Source: a virus (taxonomy: Duplodnaviria; Caudoviricetes). From it: a stretch of 64,000 nucleotides of DNA. The stretch is from positions 1 through 64,000 of the IMG/VR virus record IMGVR_UViG_3300030207_004217. One strand, 5' to 3'. How positions within the stretch are numbered: position 1 is the stretch's first letter; each line of letters starts with the position of its first letter. A program made the translations under genes and the position numbers. The notes under the pieces were generated by a model, which saw only the letters and a program-made list of their open reading frames with translations, had not been told where the DNA came from and did not search any database. Shown here one piece after another: positions 1 through 7,413 of the stretch.

Positions 1-12
1 CAACGAGTTACG
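1..12. repeat. Partial copy (right arm CAACGAGTTACG) of the 79-bp double-palindrome element, truncated by the window edge
   Basis: Identical to the right arm at 1020-1031; followed by an A-tract and promoter like the other copies. Confidence 0.8.
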
Positions 13-107
13 AAGGAAAATCATGCACACTTCTCTGGGATGTCAAACAGAAAATGAAATTATTTTTGTCAAGCAGAAAAAAAATAAAAATAAAAGTGAA
101 AAAAGGG

Positions 108-135
108 TTGCACAAAATCAAAAATGTGGTAAGCT
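108..135 (+). promoter_or_regulatory. Sigma70-type promoter, probably giving a leaderless mRNA
   Basis: TTGCAC-16-TAAGCT with TGTGG extension and upstream A-tract; ATG at 142 lies 6 nt after the -10; no SD. Confidence 0.65.
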
Positions 136-141
136 TCTTTC

Positions 142-909
142 ATGTTGATACTCGCTAAAAACAAAGTCGAGTCCGAGCAGTTGGCGCAGGTGCCAACTCC
201 GTCAGCTACGGACACCCACACACCAATTCCACACGCGCTCCTCGCAGATCGCACACGCAACGTCATTGACAAGGCGGGGCTGTCGATCACCGAAGAGGAA
301 CACGCGCTTGCGCGGGATGGTCAGCGTTACTTCGGTGGCTTCGCTCTCAAGGGCGATGCGCTTGGTGGCGATGACTCTCGCAAGCTTGTGCTTGGTCTTC
401 GCAACGCACACGACAAGTCCTTCGCGGCTTCCGTCTGCATCGGCAATTCCATGATGGTTTGCGAAAATCTTTGCTTCTCTTCGGATGTGAAGCTCGCTCG
501 CCGTCACACTGTCAATATCCTTCGGGATCTTAACACAGTGCTATCGTCTGCCGTTAGTCGCGTGACCTCGCACTGGGTTGACATGGGCAAGCGCATCTCC
601 TCTTACAAGGAGACTGAGATCTCCCGCGAGTCGGCTTCCAACTTGGTTGTCGATCTTGCTGAGATGGGCGCGTTTCCCGCTCGCTCCGTTTACAAGGCGG
701 TGCAGGAGTTCCGCAATCCTCGTCATGAGGAGTTCAAGGGCGGTTCGCTCTGGACACTCTACAACGGGGTGACCGAACACTTGAAGGGTGGCGACCTTTC
801 CAAGTTGCCACAACGCACGATGACCACTCAGTCGATCTTCGACAAGATCGCGGGACACGCTCCCGAGATCGTCGAAGTTGAAGCCGAGGCCGTCGAGCTT
901 CCCGCTTAA
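142..909 (+). CDS. DUF932-like phage protein
   Basis: 255 aa; motifs PTPSATDTHTPIPH, LGLRNAHDKSF, VCENLCF, SLWTLYNGVTEHLK resemble DUF932; GC much higher than the rest of the window. Confidence 0.7.
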   Translation: MLILAKNKVESEQLAQVPTPSATDTHTPIPHALLADRTRNVIDKAGLSITEEEHALARDGQRYFGGFALKGDALGGDDSRKLVLGLRNAHDKSFAASVCIGNSMMVCENLCFSSDVKLARRHTVNILRDLNTVLSSAVSRVTSHWVDMGKRISSYKETEISRESASNLVVDLAEMGAFPARSVYKAVQEFRNPRHEEFKGGSLWTLYNGVTEHLKGGDLSKLPQRTMTTQSIFDKIAGHAPEIVEVEAEAVELPA

Positions 910-942
910 CCCATAACTGGCCCCGCCAGTTACCTACCACGG

Positions 943-975
943 ACCCGCATCCCGCAAGGGGTGCGGGTTTTTTTT
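943..975 (+). terminator. Rho-independent terminator
   Basis: ACCCGCATCCC-GCAA-GGGGTGCGGGT stem with GNRA loop followed by a T-run. Confidence 0.9.
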
Positions 976-1002
976 CTTGACATGGGTTTTAGTAAGAAGT
1001 CT

Positions 1003-1081
1003 CGTAAGTCGTTGAGACTCAACGAGTTACGGCGGCGCGGCCCCCGCATCGTCGTAACTCCTTGATACTTAGGCACTTACG
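1003..1081. repeat. 79-bp double-palindrome element, copy 1
   Basis: CGTAAGTCGTTGA-GAC-TCAACGAGTTACG (1003-1031), 21-bp GGCGCGG linker, CGTAACTCCTTGA-TAC-TTAGGCACTTACG (1053-1081). Confidence 0.95.
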
Positions 1082-1111
1082 AGGAATCGTCATTTTTTAA
1101 TCATTTAAATG

Positions 1112-1139
1112 TTGACTGGTCGGCTATTTGTGTTATACT
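1112..1139 (+). promoter_or_regulatory. Sigma70-type promoter
   Basis: TTGACT-16-TATACT with TGTG extension; in-frame ATG at 1149. Confidence 0.75.
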
Positions 1140-1148
1140 ATGCGGGTA

Positions 1149-1331
1149 ATGGAAAGACTAACTACTAAATCATTTACTGTTTATTATACAGAAGAGGGCG
1201 GCAGAGAATATTCTCGTTCCGTCATTAATAATACTGGCAAGGTATATAATATATCTCAGTTTGCTAAAGACAACTGTCAAGACCTAGACATTACCTTTTA
1301 TCAGGTTGAAATAATGAAAGAGGAGGACTAA
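1149..1331 (+). CDS. Hypothetical protein
   Basis: ORF directly after the promoter; start moved to ATG 1149. Confidence 0.6.
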   Translation: MERLTTKSFTVYYTEEGGREYSRSVINNTGKVYNISQFAKDNCQDLDITFYQVEIMKEED

Positions 1332-1333
1332 TC

Positions 1334-1558
1334 ATGGCTAACTCATATAATATATCCAAAACTGATATAGCTAGAATCCCTGCCCCGTTTGACTTTACGT
1401 TTGAGTGGGACAATGGAACAGAAAGAACATTTATCGTTGTTTCATTGCATGGTGCGAAGGCACTAGCCGAAACATTTGAAAACTTCGGTTACGAACGCGA
1501 AGAGGGAAGCATTAAGTTTATGCAAGGCAAAGCATGGACTCCCTTGAATAAAAATTAA
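1334..1558 (+). CDS. Hypothetical protein
   Basis: 74-aa ORF, AGGAGG upstream, tightly packed. Confidence 0.7.
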   Translation: MANSYNISKTDIARIPAPFDFTFEWDNGTERTFIVVSLHGAKALAETFENFGYEREEGSIKFMQGKAWTPLNKN

Positions 1559-1565
1559 TTTTTAA

Positions 1566-1593
1566 TTGACAACACCCGCTTTTGTGGTATACT
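1566..1593 (+). promoter_or_regulatory. Sigma70-type promoter, leaderless
   Basis: TTGACA-16-TATACT with TGTGG; ATG at 1600 lies 6 nt after the -10. Confidence 0.8.
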
Positions 1594-1599
1594 ACGCAC

Positions 1600-2286
1600 A
1601 TGTCAAAGCTCCTTAACTCTGGAAACTATAAAACCCGCAAGGGCGAAAAATACGGTTGGAAGACCTATGGCTTGCACCTTGCACCATTTAACTTATCAGG
1701 AAAAAATGTTTGTTCTTCTGCTACTGTTGGTTGTTCTACTGCTTGCCTCAATACTGCTGGTCGTGGAATCATGCATTCCGTTCAAGATGCCCGAATTAAA
1801 AAAACAAGAAGGTTTTTCGAAGATCGGGATGGATTCTTATCGCAGTTATACAAAGAAATCCAAAGCTCGGTTAAAAGCGCAACGCGAAAAGAATTAAAGA
1901 GTTGCTTCCGCTTGAATCTCACAAGCGATCTCCCGTGGGAGAGCTTGGTTGTAAAATACTTTCCAAGGCTACAGTTTTACGACTATACCAAACACCTAAA
2001 AAGATTCGTTAGGTTTCTAGAGGGTAAGTTCCCGTCCAACTATCACCTCACATACTCCCGCAGTGAAGAGACACCTGACGCGCTAGTAAAGAGCTTGTGC
2101 GCAAGTGGTGGTAATGTCGCCGTGGTTTTCCGCAATCACCTGCCCGACAAATGGCTTGGACTTGAAGTGATCGACGGGGATGATTCCGACTTGCGCTTTG
2201 AGGATGGCAAGGGTAAGATTGTTGGGTTGCTTGAAAAGGGACTCGCCAAAAAAGACAAAACAGGATTTGTTGTTGAACCAGAATAA
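1600..2286 (+). CDS. GP88-like phage protein (Cys-motif, radical-SAM-related)
   Basis: NVCSSATVGCSTACLNTAGRG, FRLNLTSDLPWE, QFYDYTK, NYHLTYSRSE, VIDGDDSDLRF motifs typical of the GP88 family. Confidence 0.75.
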   Translation: MSKLLNSGNYKTRKGEKYGWKTYGLHLAPFNLSGKNVCSSATVGCSTACLNTAGRGIMHSVQDARIKKTRRFFEDRDGFLSQLYKEIQSSVKSATRKELKSCFRLNLTSDLPWESLVVKYFPRLQFYDYTKHLKRFVRFLEGKFPSNYHLTYSRSEETPDALVKSLCASGGNVAVVFRNHLPDKWLGLEVIDGDDSDLRFEDGKGKIVGLLEKGLAKKDKTGFVVEPE

Positions 2287-2290
2287 ACCA

Positions 2291-2449
2291 ATGAAAGAAG
2301 AACTCCAAGAAATACTAGACGACCACAGGTCACAGATAATTGATATGCTCAAGGAAGATGCAGAAGAGGCTCTCGTTGTAGATGTCGAAGCGAACCTTGA
2401 CCGTATGATAACCGAAATAAACGAATTGTTAGGATCTAGCTATGACTAA
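2291..2449 (+). CDS. Small acidic hypothetical protein
   Basis: MKEELQEILDD...; ATG 4 nt after the previous stop. Confidence 0.6.
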   Translation: MKEELQEILDDHRSQIIDMLKEDAEEALVVDVEANLDRMITEINELLGSSYD

Positions 2450-2585
2450 AAACAAACCAACAGGCATAGTCGAGCAAATGCGCGAGGCTAAAACTAAAAA
2501 AGAAAAGAGTGCGCTAATGAAAAAAGCGCGAGGCTACAAATACATCAGCCCCAAGACTCTACGAAAGCTCGAAAGGCTTTCGTAA
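2442..2585 (+). CDS. Small basic hypothetical protein (47 aa, not in the ORF track)
   Basis: MTKNKPTGIVEQMREAKTKKEKSALMKKARGYKYISPKTLRKLERLS; its TAA stop is supplied by the CGTAAC of the repeat. Confidence 0.55.
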   Translation: MTKNKPTGIVEQMREAKTKKEKSALMKKARGYKYISPKTLRKLERLS

Positions 2586-2659
2586 CCCACTCAGGGTCAA
2601 GGAGTTACGAGGGCGCGGCCCTCGCGCAGTCGTAACTCGTTGAGGTTCAACGAGTTATG
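2581..2659. repeat. 79-bp double-palindrome element, copy 2
   Basis: CGTAACCCACTCA-GGG-TCAAGGAGTTACG (2581-2609), 21-bp linker AGGGCGCGGCCCTCGCGCAGT, CGTAACTCGTTGA-GGT-TCAACGAGTTATG (2631-2659). Confidence 0.95.
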
Positions 2660-2700
2660 TGTCAAGTAAATAAAAAATGCATTTTTAATAATAAAAAAGG

Positions 2701-2729
2701 TTGCAAGGGTTCTAAGTGTGTGTTATACT
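2701..2729 (+). promoter_or_regulatory. Sigma70-type promoter
   Basis: TTGCAA-17-TATACT with TGTG extension, upstream A-tract; ATG at 2739. Confidence 0.75.
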
Positions 2730-2738
2730 TCTTGCGTT

Positions 2739-3113
2739 ATGGGACTAGATCAATACGCAAAAAAAGTAAAGAGAGAATACAATCATGAAACTCTCACCGA
2801 GACAATCGTCAAAACTGAAATAGGTTATTGGCGCAAACACAATGCTTTAGAGGGCTACATGGCAGATCTCTATCGCACTAAGACAGGAGATCAGGGAGAG
2901 TTTAATTGCAAGACTCTTACTCTTGATAAGGATGACTTGGACACCTTGGAAGCAGTAATCGAAAGGGGCAACTTGCCTGAGACCGTAGGTTTCTTTTTTG
3001 GTGATTGCACCAAGGACAATAAGGAATACAAAGAAATAGACCTTGAGTTTATAGCCAAGGCTAGGAAATGTCTTGCAAATGGCTTTGATGTAGAGTATAC
3101 TTCTTGGTGGTAA
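2739..3113 (+). CDS. Conserved phage hypothetical protein (MGLD...YWRK type)
   Basis: MGLDQY...EIGYWRKHNAL...LPETVGFFFG...VEYTSWW pattern common in phage early genes. Confidence 0.75.
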   Translation: MGLDQYAKKVKREYNHETLTETIVKTEIGYWRKHNALEGYMADLYRTKTGDQGEFNCKTLTLDKDDLDTLEAVIERGNLPETVGFFFGDCTKDNKEYKEIDLEFIAKARKCLANGFDVEYTSWW

Positions 3114-3322
3114 TGAATATAATCAGACACATAAGCCCCGATAATAGATTTTTATATAATATAAAATATCATGATGACCGCACTCTTGATACTATCGGCA
3201 TACATCTTCTTTTACCCGAAGGCGTATGGAGTCCTTCGATTCCTCTCTGGGATTTCCCGTCAGAACAGATCGAAGAGATTACACATATGTGTTGCGAACT
3301 CATTGAAAGAGTTATACCTTGA
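3113..3322 (+). CDS. Hypothetical protein
   Basis: TAATG stop/start coupling with the previous gene. Confidence 0.6.
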   Translation: MNIIRHISPDNRFLYNIKYHDDRTLDTIGIHLLLPEGVWSPSIPLWDFPSEQIEEITHMCCELIERVIP

Positions 3323-3402
3323 ACGCAGGGTATAAAAAAAATGCAAGAATCCTTAATAGTTTTTATAGTTTTAGTAACCGTAGTAGTAATAACTTTTTGT
3401 TC

Positions 3403-3579
3403 ATGAGAGAAGGAGCATATAACAAGCAACAAGTCCGTAGCGACCGACAAACGCAATACATAACTCACCTTTCTAAAACTGTTGGTGATGCTTGCGACAG
3501 GTGGCTAGCGGAAAAGGGTCTGAAAGGTAAAAGCTGGAAACAGCAAAACGACGAAATGTTTAAGAAGAAAGTTTTATAG
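3403..3579 (+). CDS. Small basic hypothetical protein
   Basis: MREGAYNKQQ...; upstream TGCAAG...TATAGT promoter-like sequence. Confidence 0.55.
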   Translation: MREGAYNKQQVRSDRQTQYITHLSKTVGDACDRWLAEKGLKGKSWKQQNDEMFKKKVL

Positions 3580-3589
3580 TGAGGAGTAT

Positions 3590-3691
3590 GATTCTGGTTA
3601 GGAATAGAGTGCAAAGAGAGCTTGCAACACGGCGTAAGGGGTTTTAACGATTGCTCCGTTGGTCGCCGTCATTGAACACCTAACCAGAATC
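3590..3691 (+). ncRNA. Candidate structured RNA (multi-stem junction)
   Basis: Perfect 13-bp closing stem GATTCTGGTTAGG/CCTAACCAGAATC enclosing TGCAA/TTGCA, ACGGCG/CGCCGT and AACG/CGTT stems; fills the intergenic gap. Confidence 0.5.
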
Positions 3692-3701
3692 CAATAAAAA
3701 T

Positions 3702-3947
3702 ATGAAAAAAAGAATACACATCAACCAACATAAGATCCGCAGTAATGCCAAGACAGGGGAGAGAGAACCTGTCATCACAGTTAAAACTTATAAAACAAAC
3801 GATTACTGTCACACGGTTGTAATCAATTCTCCGTGTAAAGTAATATACTCACCAGATAATCCACTGCCATGTGGTGCCAAGGTCTGGATCGAAACTGAAG
3901 GGGAAATCCTTTGCGATGAAAAAGAAGAAAATAAAACTGCCAGCTAA
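3702..3947 (+). CDS. Conserved phage hypothetical protein
   Basis: IHINQHKIRSN...EPVITVK...VIYSPDNPLPCGAKVWIET pattern seen in many phages. Confidence 0.75.
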   Translation: MKKRIHINQHKIRSNAKTGEREPVITVKTYKTNDYCHTVVINSPCKVIYSPDNPLPCGAKVWIETEGEILCDEKEENKTAS

Positions 3948-4071
3948 CTCGCTAGAGGGAAGGAATATGGTGCGTCACCCGATGCCACCACCTACCACTA
4001 GTCACACGGATAAAAAGAAGCAGTTAGATAAGAAAAGTTGCCGTAACTCGTTGAATACCAATGAGTTGTGA
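3916..4071 (+). CDS. Small basic hypothetical protein
   Basis: MKKKKIKLP...PMPPPT...KKSCR; 3' end runs through the first palindrome of repeat copy 3. Confidence 0.45.
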   Translation: MKKKKIKLPANSLEGRNMVRHPMPPPTTSHTDKKKQLDKKSCRNSLNTNEL

Positions 4072-4120
4072 GGGCGCGGGGGCTTTTTCGTCGTAACTCG
4101 TTGAGTATCAGTGACTTACA
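4042..4120. repeat. 79-bp double-palindrome element, copy 3
   Basis: CGTAACTCGTTGA-ATA-CCAATGAGTTGTG (4042-4070), 21-bp linker AGGGCGCGGGGGCTTTTTCGT, CGTAACTCGTTGA-GTA-TCAGTGACTTACA (4092-4120). Confidence 0.95.
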
Positions 4121-4137
4121 GATGATGATTCAAGGAT

Positions 4138-4164
4138 AAAAAAAACCGCACAAACGTGCGGTTT
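4138..4164 (-). terminator. Terminator at the convergence of + and - gene blocks
   Basis: AAACCGCAC-AAAC-GTGCGGTTT stem with an A-run on the left (T-run on the - strand). Confidence 0.75.
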
Positions 4165-4197
4165 CATTATTTGATTATTAAGGCTTTAACCTACAAC

Positions 4198-4722
4198 CTA
4201 AGCTTGGATTTTATATGGACTGCTGTCAGTATTATTATTTGCAACTGATACAACCTTAAGCTTACCTAATGTCTCTGCCTTCTTGCCTTGGAGCCAAACT
4301 CCATCCCAATTCTTATGCCTTGGCTTGCGGTGATAATGTCTATATACCTTACCTGTATCTTTATTAATCAGCATATATTTGCCTTCTATTGTATTAACAT
4401 TGCCACCCCTATCCTTGGACTTGTAGCAACGCTCGGGTCGTGCGCCCACCTTGACGCACATCCGCTTCCACACAGCATCGTGTCCATGCCCCCGCCCCGT
4501 AAGGGCGTGGGCAATCTCATGGAGAACAACGTCTTTACTTTCTTCGATTGTATTAATCAAAGCAAGCTTCTTTGTAACGCCGATCTCCCTCTGCCTATAC
4601 CTGCATTGTCCATATCTACGGACTGCTCTATTATCCCAAACAAACGTCCAGTTTTCTTCTATTAGCCCCCATTTCTCCATTTGCTCCATAGCAAACTGTT
4701 GTATTTCTATTAGCTTGTTCAT
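4198..4722 (-). CDS. SprT-like zinc metalloprotease
   Basis: RRYGQC, VVLHEIAHAL, GHGHDAVWKRMCVKVGA..ERC; start set at MNKLIE. Confidence 0.85.
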   Translation of the reverse strand: MNKLIEIQQFAMEQMEKWGLIEENWTFVWDNRAVRRYGQCRYRQREIGVTKKLALINTIEESKDVVLHEIAHALTGRGHGHDAVWKRMCVKVGARPERCYKSKDRGGNVNTIEGKYMLINKDTGKVYRHYHRKPRHKNWDGVWLQGKKAETLGKLKVVSVANNNTDSSPYKIQA

Positions 4723-4787
4723 TGGAATGTTGTTACTATTATTGTTACTACTATTACAAAAACTAACCACCATTGATATAATGTCAT

Positions 4788-5087
4788 TTACTGTTCGATT
4801 AAATGCTCAACGTGGTTAATGAAATATCTCTCCATATCTGCTATTGCTTGCAGGTGCTTCTGCCTCTCATTGTATGCCCTAGAGAACGCGTTGTCATCAT
4901 TAAAAGCGTCCATAGCGGGATCATTGTCCTGCACATAATAATCTCTGCCGTGAAATACACAATCATTAATTGCCTCTTTCACCTCATTGATCGCTCCAAG
5001 GATTCTGGTGTTGCCCTCTAATAGCATCTTTTTTCCTGTGCCGTTAAGATGGACCGTGGGTAGTGGGTATGTTACTTCTTCAGTCAT
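4788..5087 (-). CDS. Hypothetical protein
   Basis: LPTVHLNGTG...FHGRDYYVQ; ATG 6 nt after the -10 box. Confidence 0.7.
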   Translation of the reverse strand: MTEEVTYPLPTVHLNGTGKKMLLEGNTRILGAINEVKEAINDCVFHGRDYYVQDNDPAMDAFNDDNAFSRAYNERQKHLQAIADMERYFINHVEHLIEQ

Positions 5088-5093
5088 GCGTAA

Positions 5094-5122
5094 ACTATAC
5101 ACCCCACCTACGGTGGGGTCAA
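5094..5122 (-). promoter_or_regulatory. Sigma70-type promoter, leaderless, with a palindrome in the spacer
   Basis: TTGACC-17-TATAGT; ACCCCACC-TAC-GGTGGGGT at 5101-5119. Confidence 0.75.
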
Positions 5123-5689
5123 GAATAAAAATGAATTAAAATAGAACCAGATCACAAAGAATATAAAATGCGATTAAAATAAACAACAAATATATAGTTG
5201 CCTCTATCCTGCTCATACTTATTAAGGTTTTTTGCCGTAAACTGGGCTTTTTTTTATGTCGATTATATGTGCATTTATCGACACGTTTTATTTATATGTA
5301 TACTATATACACATATACTTATTAAGCAAAATATCCGACAACCTACATTATTAAGCCAAATCAAAATAAACTGGCGATTAAATAATAAAAACTAATTTAA
5401 AATAATCTGTTTAAATCACCCAAAAACCCCTTTTATTTGGTTGAATTGGGTTAAATTGGGGAGGTCTGGTGCAACCGAAAGAACTTATTTATTTATTTAG
5501 GGGGTAGGCTACTATCCTAAATATCTTTCTTATTTATGCTATTAATGCTGAAACCCTTTATTTTATAGTATTTCTCTTTATATTTACCCCTATGTATTTC
5601 TTATATACTACTACTATATATTGTTCTTTTAAATATGACTTTTAATTAATTATAATTGAGGAAGTAATTTAAATTAATTTTATTGTAAA
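5123..5689. other. Long AT-rich non-coding region
   Basis: About 570 bp with no credible ORF, strongly A/T-rich. Confidence 0.6.
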
Positions 5690-6307
5690 TTATATTAAAA
5701 CGACTTGTTCAAAGCCTACTTCTTTACCGTTGTATTTAGCTACTAGATCCTTAATTGGTCTACCGTTTTTCTTCTCCCATTCTGGTAACCAGTAATTAGA
5801 TCTTGATGTTTTTCTATATGGTCTTTTCTCAGTAGGACAAGATAAATCATGCTCTAAGAAAACAGCATCATTAAAATCAATAATATTATTATACCCCAAA
5901 AGCCTAGATTGTGAATTCTTTATATGTTCAATAGTTACTAGTTCACCCTTCTTTGTTGGCAAGTAAACATTATACCACACTAAAGTAGAATTATTAGCTC
6001 TATACTTTTCTATATGATCTGGGGCAATCATAAACCAAGCATTTGCCTTTACTTCTATCTCATCATCACCAATATAACAATCACTTCCCTCATTTGTAAA
6101 TGAATTAGCAGTTGATTTAAAAGTAATATTAAATTTATTTAAATAGTTTTTCCACTCATGCTCTGCTATTTTTCCTATAACGACAGATGAGAGTTGGTTA
6201 TGATAGTAGGCATTATCCCTATTTTCTTGCCTCTCTTTATTAGCTTCAACAGATTCTTGCGAACCTAAAAGAATTTCTTCTATTTGTTTATCTGTAAGAG
6301 TATTCAT
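5690..6307 (-). CDS. Hypothetical protein, possible PD-(D/E)XK nuclease fold
   Basis: GKIAE...SDCYIGDDEIEVK resembles E..D..EVK catalytic spacing. Confidence 0.5.
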   Translation of the reverse strand: MNTLTDKQIEEILLGSQESVEANKERQENRDNAYYHNQLSSVVIGKIAEHEWKNYLNKFNITFKSTANSFTNEGSDCYIGDDEIEVKANAWFMIAPDHIEKYRANNSTLVWYNVYLPTKKGELVTIEHIKNSQSRLLGYNNIIDFNDAVFLEHDLSCPTEKRPYRKTSRSNYWLPEWEKKNGRPIKDLVAKYNGKEVGFEQVVLI

Positions 6308-6359
6308 AATTAAATTTCGGAGTGGGTTTTACCCCACTCCTAGATATTGGTAGAAAAAA

Positions 6360-6752
6360 CTACTTTTTAATAACTTTTTCTTTCAACTCTTTCCAATAAG
6401 GATCGCCATCTTTTAGTTTTTCAACTATCTCCTTGGCATCTTTTAGTTTCTGGGTGTCTTGCTCCTCACAATGTGCATCTATATCTGCCCAATGAAGATT
6501 ACTTACCTGATTTTCATACTCTTTGCGGAGTAACTGCTCTAGTCTAACCATCCAACTATAAATGGCTAATTCTCTTTCACAAGAATAGTCATCTGGACTG
6601 CTATTTTGAACACACTTATGTGCGTGTCTGACTAAATGTGGCATCGAATCAACGATGAAACCAAGTTTATCTGTAGTATCAATCTTTATCTCTAAGGATT
6701 GATCTCCTAGTTGAAGATTATGTTTCTCTTCTAATGATATATTATTATTCAT
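6360..6752 (-). CDS. Hypothetical protein
   Basis: 130-aa ORF in a co-directional block. Confidence 0.65.
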   Translation of the reverse strand: MNNNISLEEKHNLQLGDQSLEIKIDTTDKLGFIVDSMPHLVRHAHKCVQNSSPDDYSCERELAIYSWMVRLEQLLRKEYENQVSNLHWADIDAHCEEQDTQKLKDAKEIVEKLKDGDPYWKELKEKVIKK

Positions 6753-6855
6753 TTTATTTTAATGTCACGATAAATAAGATTCTACCAGTATGTGACTTTT
6801 ACTGATAGCCTTTTGCCTTTTGGCTATTCATATGGTGATATTCCATATAAAATTG

Positions 6856-7230
6856 TTATGCTCCCCACATTGCTCTTATTCTAAACATCTCTGCTCTGCT
6901 CCAATCTTTTACTGCCCCAAATTGATCTCTGTAGTTTAAGTTTATTGTAATATACTCATTAAAATTACTTTGTATTGGTATAAAAGGTCTAAACCAAAGG
7001 AACTCAGGATCGACAATTCTATTTTCATCTACTTGTTTTACTTCTACTATATACCAAATAGGCTTATCAAAGGATGAATCAGATATCCAACCAACTTCTA
7101 CTCTGCCATTAAGTATATCATGATTTATCTGTAGTTCTGGGACAGGAGGGGGTTCGCCCCAATGGTCATCCGCTCTACAAAATAAAGAAATAAATAAGTA
7201 GATTGGAATTAAAATTAGTTTTTTATTCAT
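6856..7230 (-). CDS. Putative exported protein
   Basis: N-terminal signal-like MNKKLILIPIYLFISLFCRA; beta-rich remainder. Confidence 0.65.
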   Translation of the reverse strand: MNKKLILIPIYLFISLFCRADDHWGEPPPVPELQINHDILNGRVEVGWISDSSFDKPIWYIVEVKQVDENRIVDPEFLWFRPFIPIQSNFNEYITINLNYRDQFGAVKDWSRAEMFRIRAMWGA

Positions 7231-7254
7231 TTTAATTACTTTTTAATTTAATTT

Positions 7255-7330
7255 TGGTAGCGGGAGTGGGACTCGAACCCACACTTGAGCGATTTTAAGT
7301 CGCTTGCCTCTGCCATTGGGCTATCCCGCC
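7255..7330 (-). tRNA. tRNA-Leu(TAA), 76 nt, short variable loop, encoded CCA
   Basis: GGCGGGA acceptor stem, anticodon arm AGCGA-CTTAAAA-TCGCT, T-arm GTGGG-TTCGAGT-CCCAC, ACCA 3' end. Confidence 0.92.
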
Positions 7331-7413
7331 AGTCTGCTACCATCGGGCGGCAGAAAAAAACATTAAAATTAATACTATTAGAATAGCCCAGATACCTAAT
7401 ACTATTAACCAAG

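Noticed and set aside
1003-4120. CRISPR array interpretation of the 29-bp repeats
   Set aside because: Repeats occur only in pairs, the 21-bp linkers are similar to each other rather than unique, pairs are about 1.5 kb apart, and no cas operon is present.
1003-4120. Integron attC or Xer dif sites
   Set aside because: AAC...GTT ends and a stop codon inside TAAC are reminiscent of attC, but RYYYAAC/GTTRRRY boxes are not matched, the outer GTT is lost in two copies, units carry their own promoters and no IntI is seen. The 29-bp symmetric sites do not fit 11-6-11 XerC/XerD arms.
5198-5395. 65-aa ORF in the AT-rich region
   Set aside because: TTG start, low-complexity composition and opposite orientation to neighbours.
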